A DNA stretch of 47,268 bases from a candidate division WWE3 bacterium (GTDB lineage Bacteria; Bdellovibrionota; UBA1018; UBA923). Under the pieces are notes generated by a model. That model saw nothing but the letters and a program-made list of their open reading frames with translations. It was not told where the DNA came from and did no database searches. Where the stretch lies: assembly GCA_038231515.1 (NCBI GenBank), contig JBBRLF010000003.1, positions 1-47,268 on the forward strand, written 5' to 3'. Positions 36,672 through 46,421 of the stretch are shown in pieces (the stretch's first letter is position 1; each line of letters begins with the position of its first letter). Made by a program: the position numbers and the translations under genes.

Positions 36672-37911
36672 AACCCACGAAGGTTTTTCGTATCTGGGCG
36701 GCAAGCTGCACTGCGAGGGTGTGCCACTGTCGCGCATCGCGGGCGAGGTGGGCACGCCAACCTATGTCTATAGCCGCACTGCTCTAGTCAACCGTGTACG
36801 TCGGCTGCAAACAGCGCTGGGCAACGACATCAACTGCCAGATCTATTTCGCCGTTAAGGCGTGCAGCAACATTCATATCCTCGAGGTGCTGCGCAGCGCG
36901 GGCTGCGGCGCCGACATCGTCAGCGCGGGCGAGCTGTTTCGCGCCAGCGTGGCGCAGATTCCCGCCGATCTCGTCGTATTTTCGGGCATCGGCAAAACCG
37001 AAAAGGAAATTTCCGAGGCGCTCAAAGCCCGTATCCACATTTTCAACGTCGAGTCACTGGCCGAGCTGCTGACCATCGAACGCCTGGCCTACGCTGCCGG
37101 CGAAAAGGCCCGCGTCGCCCTGCGCGTGAATCCCAACGTCGACGCCAAGACGCATCCGTATATCTCCACCGGTTTGAAGAAAAATAAATTTGGTCTCGCA
37201 CCCAGCGAGCTGCGCGAAATCTACGCGCAGCTGGACAATCTGCGCGCCGTAAATGTGTGCGGTCTGAGCTGTCACATCGGCAGTCAGATTCTGACCGAGG
37301 CGCCGTTCGTAAAGGCGTGGAAAGAGCTCATCAAGACCGCGGTCGAAGCGCCGTTTGATGTAACCTACCTCGATCTGGGCGGCGGCCTGGGTATTCCGTA
37401 TCAGCGCGAAAAAGAATATTCACTCGAGCGTTATGGCGCACTTGTGAAGAAAACGTTCAAGGGTTTGAACTACAAGCTGGGCGTTGAGCCCGGTCGCTCT
37501 ATCGTGGGTCCCATCGGAATGCTGCTCACCCAGCTGGTCGTAACCAAAAAGCGCGGCGCACGTAATTTTTATATTCTGGATGCCGGCATGAATGATTTGC
37601 TGCGGCCGGCGCTTTATGGCGCAACTCATCCGGTCTCGGTGGTCGACTTGCCCCGGACGCGCAAGCTGGCGCCGGTCGATCTGGTGGGCCCCGTCTGCGA
37701 ATCTTCAGATTCCTTTCAGACTGGCGTACGACTTCCGCCACTTCATGCCGGGGCATTACTTGCCTTTGGCAACGCGGGAGCCTATGGAATGACCATGGGC
37801 AGTCAGTACAACTCCAGGCCCCGCGCGGCCGAGGTGCTTGTAGATGGCTCATCCTATCAGGTGATCAGAACTCGGGAGACATATGCAGATCTTATCCAAC
37901 GAGAACTCTAG
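36664..37911 (+). CDS. lysA: Diaminopimelate decarboxylase
   Basis: GTPTYVYS, FAVKA, THPYISTG...KFG, HIGSQ, EPGR, GPVCESSD, YNSRPR. Confidence 0.96.
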   Translation: MNKTHEGFSYLGGKLHCEGVPLSRIAGEVGTPTYVYSRTALVNRVRRLQTALGNDINCQIYFAVKACSNIHILEVLRSAGCGADIVSAGELFRASVAQIPADLVVFSGIGKTEKEISEALKARIHIFNVESLAELLTIERLAYAAGEKARVALRVNPNVDAKTHPYISTGLKKNKFGLAPSELREIYAQLDNLRAVNVCGLSCHIGSQILTEAPFVKAWKELIKTAVEAPFDVTYLDLGGGLGIPYQREKEYSLERYGALVKKTFKGLNYKLGVEPGRSIVGPIGMLLTQLVVTKKRGARNFYILDAGMNDLLRPALYGATHPVSVVDLPRTRKLAPVDLVGPVCESSDSFQTGVRLPPLHAGALLAFGNAGAYGMTMGSQYNSRPRAAEVLVDGSSYQVIRTRETYADLIQREL

Positions 37912-38854
37912 GCCCGTCTTCAAAGGTATTTATACCGCGCTCGTCACGCCCTTTCTGCCTGACGGCTCGGTAGACATGAAAAACTACGAGCGCCTGCTCG
38001 ATGCGCAGCTTGCCGGTGGCGTGCACGGAGTAGTTCCCTGTGGCACGACGGGCGAAAGCCCCGTACTGACCAGCGAAGAAAAGCTGCTGCTGATCAAAAC
38101 CGCGGTTAAGAAATGCAAGGGCCGCGCGCTGGTTGTTGCCGGCACGGGCAGCAATGACACGCTCAAGACATTGCAGGACTCCAAAGCGGCGTGTGAAGCT
38201 GGCGTTGACGGACTGCTCGTCGTGACTCCGTACTACAACAAGCCCTCGCAAGCCGGTCTGGAAGCTCATTTTCGCGCGGTTGCCGACGGCGTCACCGCGC
38301 CAATCATTCTTTACAACGTACCGGGACGCACCTGCGTTTCGCTGGCGCCCGCAACCGTGGCCAGGCTTTCAACTCACCCGCGAATCGCCGGCATCAAAGA
38401 GGCAACCGGAAATCTGGGGCTGCTCACTGAAATGCGCAACGCCGTAGCCCAGCAGCCCGGGCGCAAGGCCGACGTTCCGTTTTATTTTCTTTCGGGCGAC
38501 GACATCACCTTCTGGCCATTTTTAGCCTGCGGCGGCGACGGCGTCATCAGCGTGTCGAGCAATATTCTGCCGTCCTGCATGCGCATGCTTTATGAAGACT
38601 GGAACGAAGGACGCAATGGCTCGGGCCTGGCATTGCACGACAAGCTCTCGCATTTCTTCAATATGCTCTTCATCGAACCCAACCCCGTTCCGCTCAAGAC
38701 GCTGCTGGGCTGGCAGGGCCGCATGAATGCCAAGGTTCGCCTGCCCCTTGTCGAGATGGATATTATGAACGCCGAAAAGCTGCGCCGCTCGTGGGATGCC
38801 CTGCTGCCTCATCTGCAGAAAGACAATCCGCGGGAAGATATTCATGGCAAATAA
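37883..38854 (+). CDS. dapA: 4-hydroxy-tetrahydrodipicolinate synthase
   Basis: TALVTPF, GTTGES, PYYNKP, LYNVPGRT, GIKEA, SGDD, EPNPVP. Confidence 0.96.
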   Translation: MQILSNENSRPVFKGIYTALVTPFLPDGSVDMKNYERLLDAQLAGGVHGVVPCGTTGESPVLTSEEKLLLIKTAVKKCKGRALVVAGTGSNDTLKTLQDSKAACEAGVDGLLVVTPYYNKPSQAGLEAHFRAVADGVTAPIILYNVPGRTCVSLAPATVARLSTHPRIAGIKEATGNLGLLTEMRNAVAQQPGRKADVPFYFLSGDDITFWPFLACGGDGVISVSSNILPSCMRMLYEDWNEGRNGSGLALHDKLSHFFNMLFIEPNPVPLKTLLGWQGRMNAKVRLPLVEMDIMNAEKLRRSWDALLPHLQKDNPREDIHGK

Positions 38855-39545
38855 AAAGCTGCGGCTTGGCTTGATCGGCGCAAAGGGCCGCCTGGGCGTT
38901 GCCGTGGCCGAGATGCTCAAGCAGGAGTTCGCCGGCCGCGTCACGCTGGGCGTGGCGATCGACAAAGACAACGCCGCTTCGTTTAGCAAGCACCTCGACA
39001 AGGCCGACGTGTTTCTCGACATCTCGTCGCCTCAGGCCGCTGAACAGTTCATCGTCGAGCTGCAAAAGCGCAAAGCGCGCGTGCCCTACGTCATCGGCTG
39101 CACGGGCTGGACCTCAAGCCAGCTCAAGGCCGTGCACAGCTATGCCAAACACGCGCCGGTGGTGCTGGCCCCGAACTTTGCCCCCGGAGTAAACCTGTTT
39201 CTGGGGCTCATCGAGCAGGCTGCCCCGCTCCTGGCCAAATGGGGTTATGACGTCTCGGTACACGAAACCCATCACACCAAAAAACTCGATTCTCCGAGCG
39301 GAACCGCCAAGGCAATAGTCGAGCGGCTTGGTACTTTAAAGCCGCAAGTCCATTCCACCCGTGCCGGAGATATTATTGGAACTCATGAGGTGCGTTTCGT
39401 CAGTTCTCATGACATTGTGACCCTGACCCATGAAGCGCTCGATCGTTCGATCTTTGCCCGCGGTGCCGTCATGGCTGCCGAATGGGCCAGCCGACAGACG
39501 AGCCCGGGTATGTATTCGATGAAAGAAGTCATCTTTACAGAATGA
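38844..39545 (+). CDS. dapB: 4-hydroxy-tetrahydrodipicolinate reductase
   Basis: GAKGRLG, GCTG, ETHHTKKLDSPSGTA, HEALDRSIFARGA. Confidence 0.93.
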   Translation: MANKKLRLGLIGAKGRLGVAVAEMLKQEFAGRVTLGVAIDKDNAASFSKHLDKADVFLDISSPQAAEQFIVELQKRKARVPYVIGCTGWTSSQLKAVHSYAKHAPVVLAPNFAPGVNLFLGLIEQAAPLLAKWGYDVSVHETHHTKKLDSPSGTAKAIVERLGTLKPQVHSTRAGDIIGTHEVRFVSSHDIVTLTHEALDRSIFARGAVMAAEWASRQTSPGMYSMKEVIFTE

Positions 39546-39568
39546 TAACTCACCGTTAGGAGTCCCTC

Positions 39569-40342
39569 ATGAACATTTACGTTTGCATTAAGCAGGTTCC
39601 GGCCACTGAAACGAAGATCAAGATCAACGCTTCGGGCACGGGTATCGACACCACGGGTATCAAATGGATCATGAGCCCTTACGACGAGTTTGCCGTCGAA
39701 GAAGCGCTGCGCGTAAGAGAGAAGAACGCGGGCAGCACCGTGACCGTCGTCAGCGCAGGCCCTCAGCGCGCGACCGAAACGATTCGCACCGCGCTGGCCA
39801 TGGGCTGCGACAACGCCATCTGGGTTGAAACGCCCGAAGAGACCGACAGCTTTCAGGCCGCCAAGGCCCTGGCCGCTGTAATCAAAAAAGAAGCTCAGCC
39901 CGATCTGATCTTCACTGGCAAGCAGGCCATCGACGACGACTGCGCGCAGGTAAGCCAGCTACTGGCCACCTTTCTCGAAATTCCCTACGTCACTGTGGCA
40001 CTCAACGCCGAATACGGCGCGGGTACCGTGACGGTGAAACGCGAAGTCGAGGGTGGAACCACCGAGATCATCGCCATGCCAACGCCCTGCCTGATTGCCG
40101 CGCAAAAAGGCATGAACGAACCTCGCTTTGCCTCGCTACCCAACATCATGAAAGCGAAGAAAAAAGAAATTAAGCAGTACAAGATGGCTGATCTGGGCGT
40201 TACCGACGCCGATCGCAAGATCAAACTTGTAAACATGACGCTGCCCGCGGGCAAGCAAGCCGGCAAGAAGATTACCGGCGACGCCAAGGCGCAGGCCCAG
40301 GAGCTGGCTCGCCTGCTGCACACCGAAGCCAAGGTTATCTAA
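39569..40342 (+). CDS. etfB: Electron transfer flavoprotein beta subunit
   Basis: VCIKQVP, PYDEFAVEEA, GKQAIDDD, NEPRFASL. Confidence 0.95.
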   Translation: MNIYVCIKQVPATETKIKINASGTGIDTTGIKWIMSPYDEFAVEEALRVREKNAGSTVTVVSAGPQRATETIRTALAMGCDNAIWVETPEETDSFQAAKALAAVIKKEAQPDLIFTGKQAIDDDCAQVSQLLATFLEIPYVTVALNAEYGAGTVTVKREVEGGTTEIIAMPTPCLIAAQKGMNEPRFASLPNIMKAKKKEIKQYKMADLGVTDADRKIKLVNMTLPAGKQAGKKITGDAKAQAQELARLLHTEAKVI

Positions 40343-40365
40343 AGTTACACCCAGGAGATTTTGAA

Positions 40366-41340
40366 ATGGCAACCGCACTCATTTACGCAGAATATAAAGA
40401 CGGAAAAATCAAAAAGATCACCCACGAGCTTATCGCCGAAGCGGCCCGCTCCGGTTGCGAACCAGTCGCATTTCTGGCTGGCGCAGGCGTTGAAGCTTTG
40501 GCCAAAGATCTGGGCGCCATGGGCGCCAAGCGCGTCATCCTGGTGCAAGGTGATGCTTTGAAATTTTATTCCAACGAAGCTTACGGCAAGGCCTTCGTCG
40601 AGGCCGTGAAGTCGGTCAATCCGGCAATCATTCTGATGGGCGCTTCGGCACAAGGTAAAGACCTGGCACCACGCGTAGCAGCAACATTAGGCATTGGCCT
40701 GGCCAGCGACTGCACCAAGGTTAAAATCGAAGGCGACAAGCTCAAGTGCACCCGGCCCATTTACGCCGGTAAGGCGCTGGCCGATGTGGAATTTGCCGGC
40801 AGCGGCCCGCAGTTCGCAACGGTTCGTCCAAACGCTCTTTCTGTCGGCGCACTGCAAGAAGACGCTTCGGCTGCCGTTACCAATCAGCCTCTCGATGCCA
40901 GCGCACTCAAGAGCGTGGTTAAGGATGTCGTACGTGGCGCAACCGCCAAGCTTGACGTTACCGAAGCAAACATCGTCGTTTCCGGCGGCCGGGCCATGAA
41001 GAACAGCGAAAACTTCGCCTTGCTTGAAGCTCTTTCGGCCGTTCTGCCCAACTCGGCCGTAGGCGCCTCACGCGCGGCAGTTGATGCCGGCTATCGCCCC
41101 CATTCCTACCAGGTTGGCCAAACCGGCAAAGTCGTCAGCCCGACTCTGTACATCGCCTGCGGTATTTCGGGTGCTATTCAGCATCTGGCTGGCATGCGTA
41201 CGTCCAAGGTCATCGTCGCAATCAACAAAGACCCCGAAGCCCCGATTTTTCAGCTCGCTGACTACGGCATTGTAGGAGATCTCTTCGAAGTGGTACCATT
41301 GTTGACTGAAGAGTTTAAAAAAGTCCTAGGCGAACACTGA
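40366..41340 (+). CDS. etfA: Electron transfer flavoprotein alpha subunit
   Basis: VSGGR, GASRAAVDAG, QVGQTGK, GISGAIQHLAGM. Confidence 0.96.
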   Translation: MATALIYAEYKDGKIKKITHELIAEAARSGCEPVAFLAGAGVEALAKDLGAMGAKRVILVQGDALKFYSNEAYGKAFVEAVKSVNPAIILMGASAQGKDLAPRVAATLGIGLASDCTKVKIEGDKLKCTRPIYAGKALADVEFAGSGPQFATVRPNALSVGALQEDASAAVTNQPLDASALKSVVKDVVRGATAKLDVTEANIVVSGGRAMKNSENFALLEALSAVLPNSAVGASRAAVDAGYRPHSYQVGQTGKVVSPTLYIACGISGAIQHLAGMRTSKVIVAINKDPEAPIFQLADYGIVGDLFEVVPLLTEEFKKVLGEH

Positions 41341-41365
41341 GGGATCGTTTCCGAGGAGATTGGTG

Positions 41366-43375
41366 ATGCCGGTCTTGTCCTTTGTCTTTATTGCCGTGTT
41401 CCTGGCAGCGAACGCCTTTTTTGCGTATCGCGTCTCTATTCTGCTGCGCCTGATCAAGGCCACCCACGGTCCGGTCTGGAGCGGCACACGCTTCGATCGC
41501 ATCCCTGAGCGCGTCCTGACCGTAGTCATGAACGTGCTGGGGCAGCGGGCCGTCCTGAAAAAAAGAGGTGCGGGCATCATGCACGCCACCATCTTCTGGG
41601 GCTTTCTCATCATCACGCTCGAGACGATGGAAAACTTTGGCTACGAGCTGCATCCTGGTTTTACGTTTGAGTTCATCGGCCCCACGCTTTTCTCGGGACT
41701 CGTCGCGCTGCAAGACTTTTTCACGCTTGCCGTACTTTGCGCCGTCCTCTACGCGTTTTATCGTCGCCTGATTGTTCGGCCCGAGGGGCTGGGCAAATCC
41801 AACGACGCCATCATCATCCTGTCGCTCACCGGCAGCTTGATGATCTCGCTTTTCCTGATGCGCGCCTTTCACATGGTTTCGCAGCCCAACTGGTACGACA
41901 ACTACCAGTTCTTCTCGTCCTTTCTGAGCCGCAATCTGCTTGAGCCCATGGCGCTATCGCCCGAAGCTGCCGGCAATATCTCGTCGGTGTTTCGCTGGGT
42001 GCACCATTTTCTGGTGCTTGGCTTTCTTTGCTACATTCCCGCCAGCAAACACCTGCACGTGCTGACGGCCGGCCCCAACACCTTCTTTCGCAATCTGGAG
42101 CCCACCAAGGGCATGCGCAAGGTGAACCTCGAAGACGAAACCGTCACCAGCTTCGGCATGAGCAAAATCACCGACATGTCGTGGAAAGATACCCTCGATC
42201 TTTTCGCCTGCACCGAGTGCGGCCGCTGTCAGGATGCCTGCCCCGCGCACAACACGCAGAAACCACTTTCGCCCAAGGCCATCATCGCCGACCTCAAAGA
42301 CATTCTTTATCACAACAAGACGGCGATTTTGGCAGGTAAATCCGATGAGGTCGGCCCCGTGCTGGGCACCAAGGTTACCGACGACGTAATCTGGGCGTGC
42401 ACCAGCTGCCGCGCCTGTGAAGTGGCCTGCCCGGTGTTTATCGAGCAGACCGACAAAATTTATGAGATCCGCCGCAACATGGTGCTGATGGAAAGCCGTT
42501 TTCCACCCGAGCTGCAAACCGTGTTCAAGAACGTCGAAAACAACTTCAGCCCGTGGGCGATGAGTCCCGACGACCGCGACAAATGGGCAACCGAACCCGA
42601 TGACCTTCAGGTCAAGACCATGGCCGCACTGGCCGCCAGCGGCGAACAGGTCGAGTATCTGTTCTGGGTTGGCTGTGCTGGTTCGTTTGACGATCGCAAT
42701 AAAAAAGTATCACGCGCACTGGTCAGCGTACTGCGCAAAGCCGGCATCAAGTTTGCCATACTGGGCAAAGAAGAAAAGTGCACGGGCGATCCTGTGCGCC
42801 GCATGGGCAATGAGTACCTTGCACAGTCGCTGATTCAAGAAAACGTGAACAAGCTCAACGAGTACAAGGTGAAGAAGGTCGTAACGGCCTGCCCGCACTG
42901 CTTCAACGCCATCAAGAATGAGTGGAAAGACTTTGGCGGCACCTTTGAGGTCGTGCATCACACGCAGCTCATCGGCAAGCTCATCAAAGAAGGCAAACTC
43001 AAACCCACCAAGGGCACCGAGCAGAAGATCACCTATCACGACTCCTGTTATATCGGCCGCTGGAACCAGGAATACGAAGCCCCCCGCGCCATTCTCGACT
43101 CCTTGCCCATGGCCAAGGTTCAGGAAATGGAAAAAAACTCAGCCAACGGCATGTGCTGTGGCGCTGGTGGCGGTCGGATGTGGATGGAAGAGACCATCGG
43201 CACGCGCGTGAACATCAAGCGCACCGAGCAGGCACTGGCGACGAACGCTTCGACCATCGCCGCGAACTGCCCGTTCTGCATGACGATGCTGACCGATGGA
43301 ATCAAATCCAAAGACATGGCCGAGAAGGTGAAAGTTGTCGACATCGCCGAGCTGATTGATCAGGCAACGATATAA
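41366..43375 (+). CDS. fadF: Membrane Fe-S oxidoreductase (FadF/HdrD-like, likely ETF:quinone oxidoreductase)
   Basis: N-terminal TM domain with His residues, CTECGRCQDACP, CTSCRACEVACP, two CCG domains (CPHC, YHDSC, CCGAGGG, CPFC). Confidence 0.88.
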   Translation: MPVLSFVFIAVFLAANAFFAYRVSILLRLIKATHGPVWSGTRFDRIPERVLTVVMNVLGQRAVLKKRGAGIMHATIFWGFLIITLETMENFGYELHPGFTFEFIGPTLFSGLVALQDFFTLAVLCAVLYAFYRRLIVRPEGLGKSNDAIIILSLTGSLMISLFLMRAFHMVSQPNWYDNYQFFSSFLSRNLLEPMALSPEAAGNISSVFRWVHHFLVLGFLCYIPASKHLHVLTAGPNTFFRNLEPTKGMRKVNLEDETVTSFGMSKITDMSWKDTLDLFACTECGRCQDACPAHNTQKPLSPKAIIADLKDILYHNKTAILAGKSDEVGPVLGTKVTDDVIWACTSCRACEVACPVFIEQTDKIYEIRRNMVLMESRFPPELQTVFKNVENNFSPWAMSPDDRDKWATEPDDLQVKTMAALAASGEQVEYLFWVGCAGSFDDRNKKVSRALVSVLRKAGIKFAILGKEEKCTGDPVRRMGNEYLAQSLIQENVNKLNEYKVKKVVTACPHCFNAIKNEWKDFGGTFEVVHHTQLIGKLIKEGKLKPTKGTEQKITYHDSCYIGRWNQEYEAPRAILDSLPMAKVQEMEKNSANGMCCGAGGGRMWMEETIGTRVNIKRTEQALATNASTIAANCPFCMTMLTDGIKSKDMAEKVKVVDIAELIDQATI

Positions 43376-43395
43376 ACAAACTGCCGCGGTAAGAA

Positions 43396-44160
43396 TCAAG
43401 GCTCGCGAGGCAACTTCGGATAGTTTCGCATCACGAGGCTGTTCATCGGAAAGCCATAAAGGTCAGAGATGCCTTTAAGCAGCGACTCGCGCGTCTGGTA
43501 CGGAAGAATAGGCACACCGCCCTGCTGGCCCTGTGGAAGAGCCGCGGCCGCATGCGCGCGAGTGTCGTCACCCAGCGGGCCACTGGCCTTGAGCAGCTCG
43601 TCGGTAAGGGCCGTCTGATACCAATACGCACGAAACTCAGTGCGCAGCGACTCTTCGCCGTCATGGGCCACGGGGTCAAACAGATGAACGACTTCGTGAA
43701 ACAGCAGCGCGCAGGCCTGTCGCGGCGTCTTGAGATTCACGTCCAGAAACACATTTGAGGTTTTTGGCAGATACATGCCGCCAACTTTGTCGCCAAGCTG
43801 AGCCACTTTGAGCTTCTTAAGATCGGCGTAGCCGATGCGAATGGTGGCATCGGATTGAAAAGCATTTTTCAGGAACGCTTGAGCGGTTGGACTACAGGCA
43901 TAGATGGACTGGCAGCATTCCCACATCTCACCGGAGTGAGTGGCATGCGGTTCAATTTTGCGATCTAGTATGGATACAGCCGCATTTTGATCGCACGTAT
44001 CCAGATTTGCGGTGGCAGACATAGGGGCACTCAAAGCCACCGCGCCAAGCTTCACCGCAATGGGATCTACATTTCGTTTTTGTTTGGATAGGTCGTTCCT
44101 GGCACAGCCCGCGATAATCGCAAGCATGCCAAGCAGCGCCGCCAACTTATAGTTTTGCAC
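43396..44160 (-). CDS. Hypothetical lipoprotein with HExxH zinc-peptidase motif
   Basis: Lipobox IAGC, LFHEVVH, downstream TEFRAY. Confidence 0.65.
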   Translation of the reverse strand: MQNYKLAALLGMLAIIAGCARNDLSKQKRNVDPIAVKLGAVALSAPMSATANLDTCDQNAAVSILDRKIEPHATHSGEMWECCQSIYACSPTAQAFLKNAFQSDATIRIGYADLKKLKVAQLGDKVGGMYLPKTSNVFLDVNLKTPRQACALLFHEVVHLFDPVAHDGEESLRTEFRAYWYQTALTDELLKASGPLGDDTRAHAAAALPQGQQGGVPILPYQTRESLLKGISDLYGFPMNSLVMRNYPKLPREP

Positions 44161-44172
44161 AGTGGCTCCCAG

Positions 44173-44188
44173 AGCACGTTCTATGCCA
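44173..44188 (-). promoter_or_regulatory. Sigma54-like -24/-12 box
   Basis: TGGCATAGAACGTGCT (GG-N10-GC). Confidence 0.35.
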
Positions 44189-44309
44189 TGGGCCTTTGAG
44201 CTTGAGCAAGCATTCGTTTCCGTATGCAGGCTATACAGCTGTCAAAAACCTAAACGGAATCCGGTCCAAAGCGCTTTTAAAAACCACTTATGAATCGATC
44301 ATTTGGCTT

Positions 44310-44325
44310 TGGCATGGGACTTGAT
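44310..44325 (+). promoter_or_regulatory. Sigma54-like -24/-12 box (GC replaced by GA)
   Basis: TGGCATGGGACTTGAT, upstream of the AGGAGG RBS. Confidence 0.3.
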
Positions 44326-44356
44326 AATGCCCGTCCCGGGAAGGAGGCCTCTGTTT

Positions 44357-44992
44357 ATGAAAAAACATACGGGCTTCGAAAGATTAAGTCTTATCATTTT
44401 GTCTGGTTTGATCGCTGGTGCCTGCAGTCCGCTGGCACCTAGCGTGTCCAAGCTATCCAATGCGGCTACAACTAAGACGACACCTACTGATGGCTCAACA
44501 CCCGGAGTACTCAGCTCAAACTCCATTAGTGGGCAAGCCAAGAGCCTGGGCTCATTGTCGGTGCAGGTAACCCAAGCGTCACCTTTCTCGCAGTTCAAAA
44601 AAGACTGGGCTCTCGTGCATGACGTAAAGCCCTCAATGGAACTTGACGACGACGCCACCCTTGAAGAGCTCTCAAGCGCTGGACAAATCAAGTTTGTCAG
44701 TAACGCCGACAGGGTCAAAGGCGCCGAAGACACGCTGGCCACCTCTCCGACCAGAATTTTACTGGCGGTCAATGCTGACCCTGCCACCATCTCAAGCCTG
44801 GGCCTGGATACCGTTAAGATGAACCTGATCTGGAAGGGCGTAAGCCTGGCCAACCCCGCTGCTCACTGGGAGCTGTCGCTGGCCTCGCCCAATACGGGCG
44901 ACGCCGTAAAGGACCTCAACGAGCTCAGACAGATGAAAACCGCCCTACGCGAGCGCCTCGTCGACATCGGCATTGAGTTTCAGGCCGACTGA
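44357..44992 (+). CDS. Hypothetical lipoprotein
   Basis: AAGGAGG RBS, lipobox AGAC, Ser/Thr-rich linker. Confidence 0.6.
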   Translation: MKKHTGFERLSLIILSGLIAGACSPLAPSVSKLSNAATTKTTPTDGSTPGVLSSNSISGQAKSLGSLSVQVTQASPFSQFKKDWALVHDVKPSMELDDDATLEELSSAGQIKFVSNADRVKGAEDTLATSPTRILLAVNADPATISSLGLDTVKMNLIWKGVSLANPAAHWELSLASPNTGDAVKDLNELRQMKTALRERLVDIGIEFQAD

Positions 44993-44993
44993 C

Positions 44994-45191
44994 TTAGTTA
45001 CCCCTGGAGTCTGGAAAGTAATCTTTGTGAGCCGAGATGAACCGCAGCAACGCCGTGGTTACGATCTCAGACTTGGGTATCTTGGTGTAACTTTCCATCT
45101 GTAACAGCTGAGCTGCAAGTTCCTTTTCCAATTCCAGCTCCACCTTTACGGTTGGACCAATCGGCCGCTTTGCACCTTTTGCTAATTTCAT
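44994..45191 (-). CDS. Small ribbon-helix-helix-like protein
   Basis: VKVELEL strand followed by two helices (KSEIVTTAL); GGAGGA RBS. Confidence 0.55.
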   Translation of the reverse strand: MKLAKGAKRPIGPTVKVELELEKELAAQLLQMESYTKIPKSEIVTTALLRFISAHKDYFPDSRGN

Positions 45192-45200
45192 AAGTTCCTC

Positions 45201-46421
45201 CTAATGTAAAACTTCCAGCCGCGCAACCTGGCCACGCAGCGCTTTGATCAACTCGTCACTGTACTTTGGACCACGCGTTTCGAGCGTAAGCTCGACGGTG
45301 GTTTCGCTGATGCCCGTAGCCGGCGAATTCCGGTCGTGTATCGCCTGTAGCACATTGGCACCCTGTTCGGCGATTAGCGCGGTCAGGCGATTGAGTGAGC
45401 CTGGGCGATCGGAGATAAAAACGTTTACCCGCACGCGACGTCCCGCCTGTATCAAGCCTCGATCGATGATGCGCGCCAGAACGTTCACATCGATGTTGCC
45501 GCCGCTGACGATCAGCACTACTTTCTTGCCGCGCATGCGACCCTTGATCTGCTCAAGCACTGCCAGGGGCAACGCAGCAGCGCCCTCAGCCACTATCTTG
45601 GCCTTTTCCATCAGCGTCAGCACTGCGGCGGCTATGGCTTCGTCATCAGCGTAAGCCGTAAAATCAATAAGCGGACGCAGTACGCTCAGCATGCCGGGGC
45701 TAGCCCGCATCACCTTAATGCCATCGGCAAAAGTTTCGGCTGCACCGGTTGCCACGATTTTTTTATGGTCAATCGACTCCACCAGCGAACGCGCGCCAGC
45801 GGCCTGCACGCCAATCAGAGTGGTGGCCGGCTTGAATTCCTTGATCACCGTACCTACGCCTGCCATCAGGCCCCCGCCACCCATTGAGCCAATGACGACG
45901 TCCACGTCAGGCAGCTGCTCCATGATTTCCAATCCAACGGTGCCCTGTCCTGCCATTACGTCGCGGTCTTCGTATGGGTGCACGAAAACGGCGCCTGTTT
46001 TCTTGGCAAGCTTGCGGGCAATGGCGTAGGCCTCGTCAAAATTATCGCCCTGAAGCAGAACTTTCGCACCCAGCGCTTCAGTGTTCTGCACTTTAGTGAG
46101 CGGCGCATTAACCGGCATGACAATCGTGGCCTTTGCCTTGAACTGCGCGCAACCCCAGGCCACACCCTGCGCGTGGTTACCGGCGCTGGCTGTGACCACG
46201 CCACTACGGCGTTGCTGCGGTGAGAGGCGTGAAATCTTGTAAGTCGCGCCGCGAATTTTAAACGATCCAATGGGCTGCATATTCTCAAGCTTGAGAAACA
46301 CCTGACAGCCCAGGCGTTCTGAAAGCCAGCGGTTAGGCATCAGCGGGGTGGGCTCAAGCAACTTGCCCAGCACGGTGCGCGCCTGCTCAACATCGGCCAA
46401 GGTAAGCTTCAAACCAGACAT
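45201..46421 (-). CDS. ilvA: Threonine ammonia-lyase with a single C-terminal ACT domain
   Basis: KLENMQPIGSFKIRGA, SAGNHAQG, GGGGL, SGGNID, DRPGSL. Start ATG 46421 overlaps the kce stop. Confidence 0.92.
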   Translation of the reverse strand: MSGLKLTLADVEQARTVLGKLLEPTPLMPNRWLSERLGCQVFLKLENMQPIGSFKIRGATYKISRLSPQQRRSGVVTASAGNHAQGVAWGCAQFKAKATIVMPVNAPLTKVQNTEALGAKVLLQGDNFDEAYAIARKLAKKTGAVFVHPYEDRDVMAGQGTVGLEIMEQLPDVDVVIGSMGGGGLMAGVGTVIKEFKPATTLIGVQAAGARSLVESIDHKKIVATGAAETFADGIKVMRASPGMLSVLRPLIDFTAYADDEAIAAAVLTLMEKAKIVAEGAAALPLAVLEQIKGRMRGKKVVLIVSGGNIDVNVLARIIDRGLIQAGRRVRVNVFISDRPGSLNRLTALIAEQGANVLQAIHDRNSPATGISETTVELTLETRGPKYSDELIKALRGQVARLEVLH

